From Marispirochaeta sp. (GTDB lineage: Bacteria; Spirochaetota; Spirochaetia; JC444; Marispirochaetaceae), in NCBI GenBank assembly GCA_963676835.2, contig CAXXFF010000002.1, forward strand, positions 1,408,001 to 1,472,000: 64,000 nt of DNA, written 5' to 3'. This document shows, piece after piece, positions 60,122 through 64,000 of the stretch (position 1 is its first letter; the number at the start of each line of letters is the position of its first letter). The position numbers and the translations under genes are program-made. Below the pieces are notes generated by a model. That model saw only the letters and a list, made by a program, of their open reading frames with translations, had not been told where the DNA came from and did not search any database.

Positions 60122-60465
60122 CCCCAGATTTATCAGCCGTACAGATATTTATCCGGCCAGGCATCACTGATATGCGTAAAGCAATCAACGGCTTAGTTGT
60201 CATGGTGCAGGACTATATGAATGAAAATCCGTTAAGCGGCAATCTGTTTCTGTTCTGCAACCGCGAACGACGAATCATGAAGGCATTGTATTGGGACCGG
60301 AATGGTTTCTGCCTGTGGCAGAAGAAACTGGAAAAGCATAAATTCCCCTGGCCCGTAACTGAAGAAGATGCTCTTGCCATTACCCCGGAACAGCTATCGA
60401 TGCTGTTGAAAGGCATCGATTTCTGGAATGAACATACTACTTTGGAATATTCCCGTGTTTCTTAA
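60118..60465 (+). CDS. tnpB: IS66 accessory protein TnpB
   Basis: TDMRKAINGL, LFLFCNR, LYWDRNGFCLWQKKLE..KF.WP. Confidence 0.95.
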   Translation: MTPDLSAVQIFIRPGITDMRKAINGLVVMVQDYMNENPLSGNLFLFCNRERRIMKALYWDRNGFCLWQKKLEKHKFPWPVTEEDALAITPEQLSMLLKGIDFWNEHTTLEYSRVS

Positions 60466-60527
60466 AGCATTTTAATGGTGTAAAGGAATTTACAGAGAAA
60501 GAGCTGTATGCTAGAATTTTTTTCAGT

Positions 60528-62057
60528 ATGGATGTTGCAGCCCTTCCGAAGGAAGTACAAGACTACATTCACTCTCTTGAGACAGCAAACAGTTCCTGGG
60601 AACATCGCTACGGTGCCTTGGAGGAGCAGTACAAGTTGCTTCTTCTTCAGAAATTTGGCCGTAAAAGTGAAAAAGAACAACAGGATGAGTATCAACCGCT
60701 GTTGTTCGGGCTTGAAGAGAATGGTACTTCGGAGAACGATGCATCAGAGACTTCCGTACCAGTTCAGTCCCATCCCCGCAAGAAATCCGGCAGAAAACCA
60801 ATTGATGAAAGCCTTCCCCGGGAAGAGATCATCATTGATATTCCCGAAGATGAAAAACAGTGTGCCTGCGGCCATGCGCTGGTTCGTATCGGCGAAGAGA
60901 CCAGCGAGCGCTTACAGGTAATCCCCCCGAAGATGTGGGTAGAACTGATTATCCGTCCCAAGTATGCCTGCAAGAACTGTGAAGGCTCCGGGGATGAAGA
61001 GAAGCCGGCAGTAAGGGTTGCTGCCCCCCCTGCAAGTATCATCCCTAAAAGCATTGTAACGCTTGGATTGCTCTCCTTCATCATAGTGAATAAATTTGTA
61101 GATCATCTGCCCTATTACCGGCAGGAGAAACGATTTGAGCGGATCGGCATCCACATAAGCCGTCAGAACATGAGCAACTGGCAGCAGATGACGTATGAAA
61201 AGATTGAACCTTTAATTGAGACTCTGAAAATGCATATCCGGTCAGGGCCGGTCATCAACATGGATGAAACCCCGGTCCAGGTACACGGAGAACCGGAACG
61301 CCCAGACACGGCGAAATCCTATATGTGGCTTGCCCGCGGCGGCCCTCCGGAAAACCCGGGATTGCTTTACTCATACCGGGAAACCCGCGGGTCCCGACAT
61401 ATTAAAGAACTTCTCGATGGATTCAGCGGCTTTTTACAGACTGACGGCTATGATGCGTATCGTACAGCCCTGGCGGGGAATGAACAGATAGTCCATGTCG
61501 GCTGCATGGCCCATGTTCGGCGAAAGTTTCATGAAGCTGCAAAGGCCTCGAAGAAAGCAGCAAGTGCACAGGAAGCATTGAATGCCATCAGGAAACTGTA
61601 TGGGATTGAAGAGCGTCTTCGCAGTATGGAATTGCCCGAAGACCAGTTTGTTGACCAGCGCAAATCTCAGGCGGAACCGGTTTTGCAGAAGTTTAGAACC
61701 TGGCTTGAAAAACGCAGTCAGCAGGTTCCTCCTTCGTTATTGCTTGGGAAAGCAATTCAGTACACCTTGAACGAATGGGAGAAACTGGTACACTACCTTG
61801 ATTCGCCTTATCTGACGCCGGACAACAATAGCGCGGAGCAGGCCATCCGGCCATTTGTGCTGGGCCGAAAGAACTGGTTATTTTCCGGTAGTCCAAAGGG
61901 GGCTGAAAGTTCCTGTGCCATGTATTCACTGATTGAGACAGCCAAACAAAATAATGTGAACCCGAACGACTACCTGAGACGCGTTTTTGAGGAAGCTCCA
62001 CTCATGAATGAATCTGATAACTGGGAAAAATTGCTGCCATGGAATATTTCCCTCTGA
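60528..62057 (+). CDS. tnpC: IS66 transposase TnpC
   Basis: FGRKSEK, Zn ribbon, DHLPYYRQ, DETP, TDGY, CMAHVRRKF, DNNSAEQAIR, LLPWN. Confidence 0.96.
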   Translation: MDVAALPKEVQDYIHSLETANSSWEHRYGALEEQYKLLLLQKFGRKSEKEQQDEYQPLLFGLEENGTSENDASETSVPVQSHPRKKSGRKPIDESLPREEIIIDIPEDEKQCACGHALVRIGEETSERLQVIPPKMWVELIIRPKYACKNCEGSGDEEKPAVRVAAPPASIIPKSIVTLGLLSFIIVNKFVDHLPYYRQEKRFERIGIHISRQNMSNWQQMTYEKIEPLIETLKMHIRSGPVINMDETPVQVHGEPERPDTAKSYMWLARGGPPENPGLLYSYRETRGSRHIKELLDGFSGFLQTDGYDAYRTALAGNEQIVHVGCMAHVRRKFHEAAKASKKAASAQEALNAIRKLYGIEERLRSMELPEDQFVDQRKSQAEPVLQKFRTWLEKRSQQVPPSLLLGKAIQYTLNEWEKLVHYLDSPYLTPDNNSAEQAIRPFVLGRKNWLFSGSPKGAESSCAMYSLIETAKQNNVNPNDYLRRVFEEAPLMNESDNWEKLLPWNISL

Positions 62058-62190
62058 TTTTTTTCTCTGGGTGAGGTTTAATTGACGGTTACGGCCCTTC
62101 ATCAGCTCTCGGGCTTTTCCTCTGGAAAACCCTGCCGCAGACTTGGGCTGCAAATCCTGTATCGGATTTGCTACGGACAGGACTCTTCTC

Positions 62191-62247
62191 GTCCTGAGGA
62201 GGACATAAAAAAACCGAACCACTTTCGTGATTCGGTTTGATTTAGCA
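62191..62247. repeat. 57-bp direct repeat copy 2
   Basis: 53/57 identical to 59652-59708. Confidence 0.9.
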
Positions 62248-62404
62248 TAAGATTAAAAATGTGTGATGAGTTGACTCGCCTTCCTCTCAGCGGCGTCGTG
62301 CCGCTTCGTTTCAGGCCGCCTCCGTTCCTAAATCGACGTCCTGTCGATTTGCGCTCCAGGTATTCGCGCCGGAACTCCGTTTCGAGTCCTGTCTTATTTT
62401 CTAA

Positions 62405-62442
62405 CAAAAAAAGCAGACCGCATGAATGCGATCTGCTTTTTT
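62405..62442 (-). terminator. terminator after tRNA-fMet
   Basis: aaaaaaagcagaccgc-atgaat-gcgatctgcttttttt, bidirectional-type hairpin. Confidence 0.8.
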
Positions 62443-62515
62443 TAGCAGGGACAGGACTCGAACCTGCGACCTCCGGGTTATGAGCCCGACGAGCTGCCAA
62501 CTGCTCTACCCTGCG
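62443..62515 (-). tRNA. tRNA-fMet (initiator, anticodon CAT)
   Basis: CGCAGGG...CTCATAA...GGTTCGAGTCC...CCCTGCTA; C1:U72 mismatch and three G-C pairs in the anticodon stem; CCA not encoded. Confidence 0.95.
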
Positions 62516-62767
62516 TCGTTGTGGGATGTAATGTATTCTCATTCACATAAAATGTCAACCCTAAATTGTGCTGAACATTTGAATAGTGATATTTCACAAT
62601 AAAGCCTTACTGTTTTTGGCAAGTATTTACTTTTTTATGATACTATGTGAATACTATTCCACTGTTTGACAGCCGTTATTTCGGCTATTATTTTTAGAAT
62701 CAGGGCTGTCGTCCCATCCTGTATCAACAGATCCGATAGAGGGTGTCATGGGCCAGCAGGAGATACA

Positions 62768-64000
62768 ATGAATAGAGAAAAGGCCGAAGGTGCATTTCGT
62801 AACGATGCCGCGGCGAAAGTAACCGGCCGCGCACAGTTTGCGGATGACTATGTCTTTCCCCGCATGGTGCATGGGATCCCGGTGTTTCCGGACCTTCCTC
62901 ATGGCAAAATCATCAGTATTGATACCACTGCCGCTGAGAATGCGCCGGGGGTTATCCAGGTTTTTACCTGGAAGGATATACCGGGGAAGCTCGACTACGG
63001 ACAGATCAACCACGACCTGCCTCTCTTTGCCCATGACAAGATCCGTCATTACGGAGATGTCTATGCTCTGGTTGTCGCTGAGACCCGGGAACAGGCTCTT
63101 GAAGCCTCCCGGCTGGTTACCATCGAGACAGAGCCTCTTGAGCCGGTTTTCTCTACCCGAAACGCCCTTGAAAAAGAGTCTCCTGTCCTCAGGGGAGATA
63201 CAAACTTAATCGAACATCACAAGGTCCGCAGAGGCGACCCCGATGCGGCACTGAAAGACTCTGATCTTGTCCTCAAGCGAAAAGCTGATACAAGCTGGTT
63301 TGAGCATGCCTACCTTGAACCGGAAGGGGCGGTATGTTTTCCCCGGCAGGATGGGGTTCTTGAGATTTACGGCAGTCTGCAGCATCCCGTGAGCACCCGC
63401 CGCTTTATCTGTGCTTATCTGGGCATGCCATTTTCGGATGTTGAAGTGTTCAGTCATCCTGTAGGCGGCAGTTTCGGCGGTAAGGATGACACCGCATCCC
63501 TTGTCTGCGGCCGGGCAGCCCTGGCGGCTAAGCTGATCGGGCGGGCGGTAAAGATTATCTACGACAGAGAGTGGAGCTTTCTGGAAAGCTACAAACGGCC
63601 TGCCTACGAACTCGATTACACCGTCGGCTTTAATAAAGAAGGCGTACTGCAGGGGGTAATCTGCGATATTCTTGCCGATTCCGGACCCTATACCTCCACA
63701 ACTCCATGGTCAACCTGGCGTTCCACGGTGCAGAGCTGCGGGCCCTATCAGGTGGAGAATGTCCGTACCGATGTCCGTGCGGCGGCGACCAATAATCCGC
63801 CCACCGGAGCATTCCGGGGATTCGGATCTCCCCAGGTTAATTTTGTTATCGAATCCATTATGGACGAAGCTGCGGAAGAGTTCGGCCTTTCGCCACTGGA
63901 AATCCGCCGTCGCAATATGCTTACCCAGGGAAGCTCAACCATCAACGGGCAGGTACTCGATACCCACCGGGTCAGTCTTGGAGAAGTTATGGCTGCAGTG
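62768..64000 (+). CDS. xanthine dehydrogenase family molybdopterin-binding subunit (partial, runs off the window end)
   Basis: Not in the ORF track; from ATG 62768 after RBS aggag: KVTGRAQFADD, EHAYLEPE, VGGSFGGK, AFRGFGSPQ. Confidence 0.92.
   Translation, partial: MNREKAEGAFRNDAAAKVTGRAQFADDYVFPRMVHGIPVFPDLPHGKIISIDTTAAENAPGVIQVFTWKDIPGKLDYGQINHDLPLFAHDKIRHYGDVYALVVAETREQALEASRLVTIETEPLEPVFSTRNALEKESPVLRGDTNLIEHHKVRRGDPDAALKDSDLVLKRKADTSWFEHAYLEPEGAVCFPRQDGVLEIYGSLQHPVSTRRFICAYLGMPFSDVEVFSHPVGGSFGGKDDTASLVCGRAALAAKLIGRAVKIIYDREWSFLESYKRPAYELDYTVGFNKEGVLQGVICDILADSGPYTSTTPWSTWRSTVQSCGPYQVENVRTDVRAAATNNPPTGAFRGFGSPQVNFVIESIMDEAAEEFGLSPLEIRRRNMLTQGSSTINGQVLDTHRVSLGEVMAAV

Larger units (their letters stand above)
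59717..62092 (+). mobile_element. IS66 family insertion sequence, 2376 bp
   Basis: Terminal inverted repeats gtaaccgtcaattaaacc(c/t)cacc; 8-bp target duplication ggcccttc at 59709-59716 and 62093-62100; tnpA-tnpB-tnpC. Confidence 0.97.

Overview
Bacterial chromosomal window, probably from a free-living spirochaete (inferred from the many lipoproteins and an AGGQEE-type binding-protein N-terminus; not verified). Left to right: (1) sucC-sucD-sucA (partial), preceded on the same strand by an L-cysteine desulfidase-family gene. (2) A ~17 kb catabolic region of two operons, each with a URO-D/MtaA-fold protein that lacks the HemE motif but keeps Zn-type ligands, plus four amidohydrolases/peptidases, TRAP and Dpp/Opp transporters and an RpiR regulator; both promoters share a TTGA-N4-TCAAC palindrome. 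(3) Mixed accessory genes: PlpD-like patatin, glycosidase-like/deacetylase pair, a GGDEF remnant, three signalling modules, mobA, an orphan HipB with three operators, a plant-type galacturonokinase plus nucleotidyltransferase, a DUF2271/DUF4405/porin/FMN-binding flavinylation-type cluster, a B-repeat lipoprotein with 240-bp tandem repeats, katG, ybaK, yefM-yoeB and a decayed MNT-HEPN pair. (4) An intact IS66 with an 8-bp target duplication, inserted into an unusual array of tRNA-3'-end copies, terminators and hairpin inserts downstream of tRNA-fMet, then a partial xanthine dehydrogenase-family gene. All calls come from motif recognition by eye; no searches were run.
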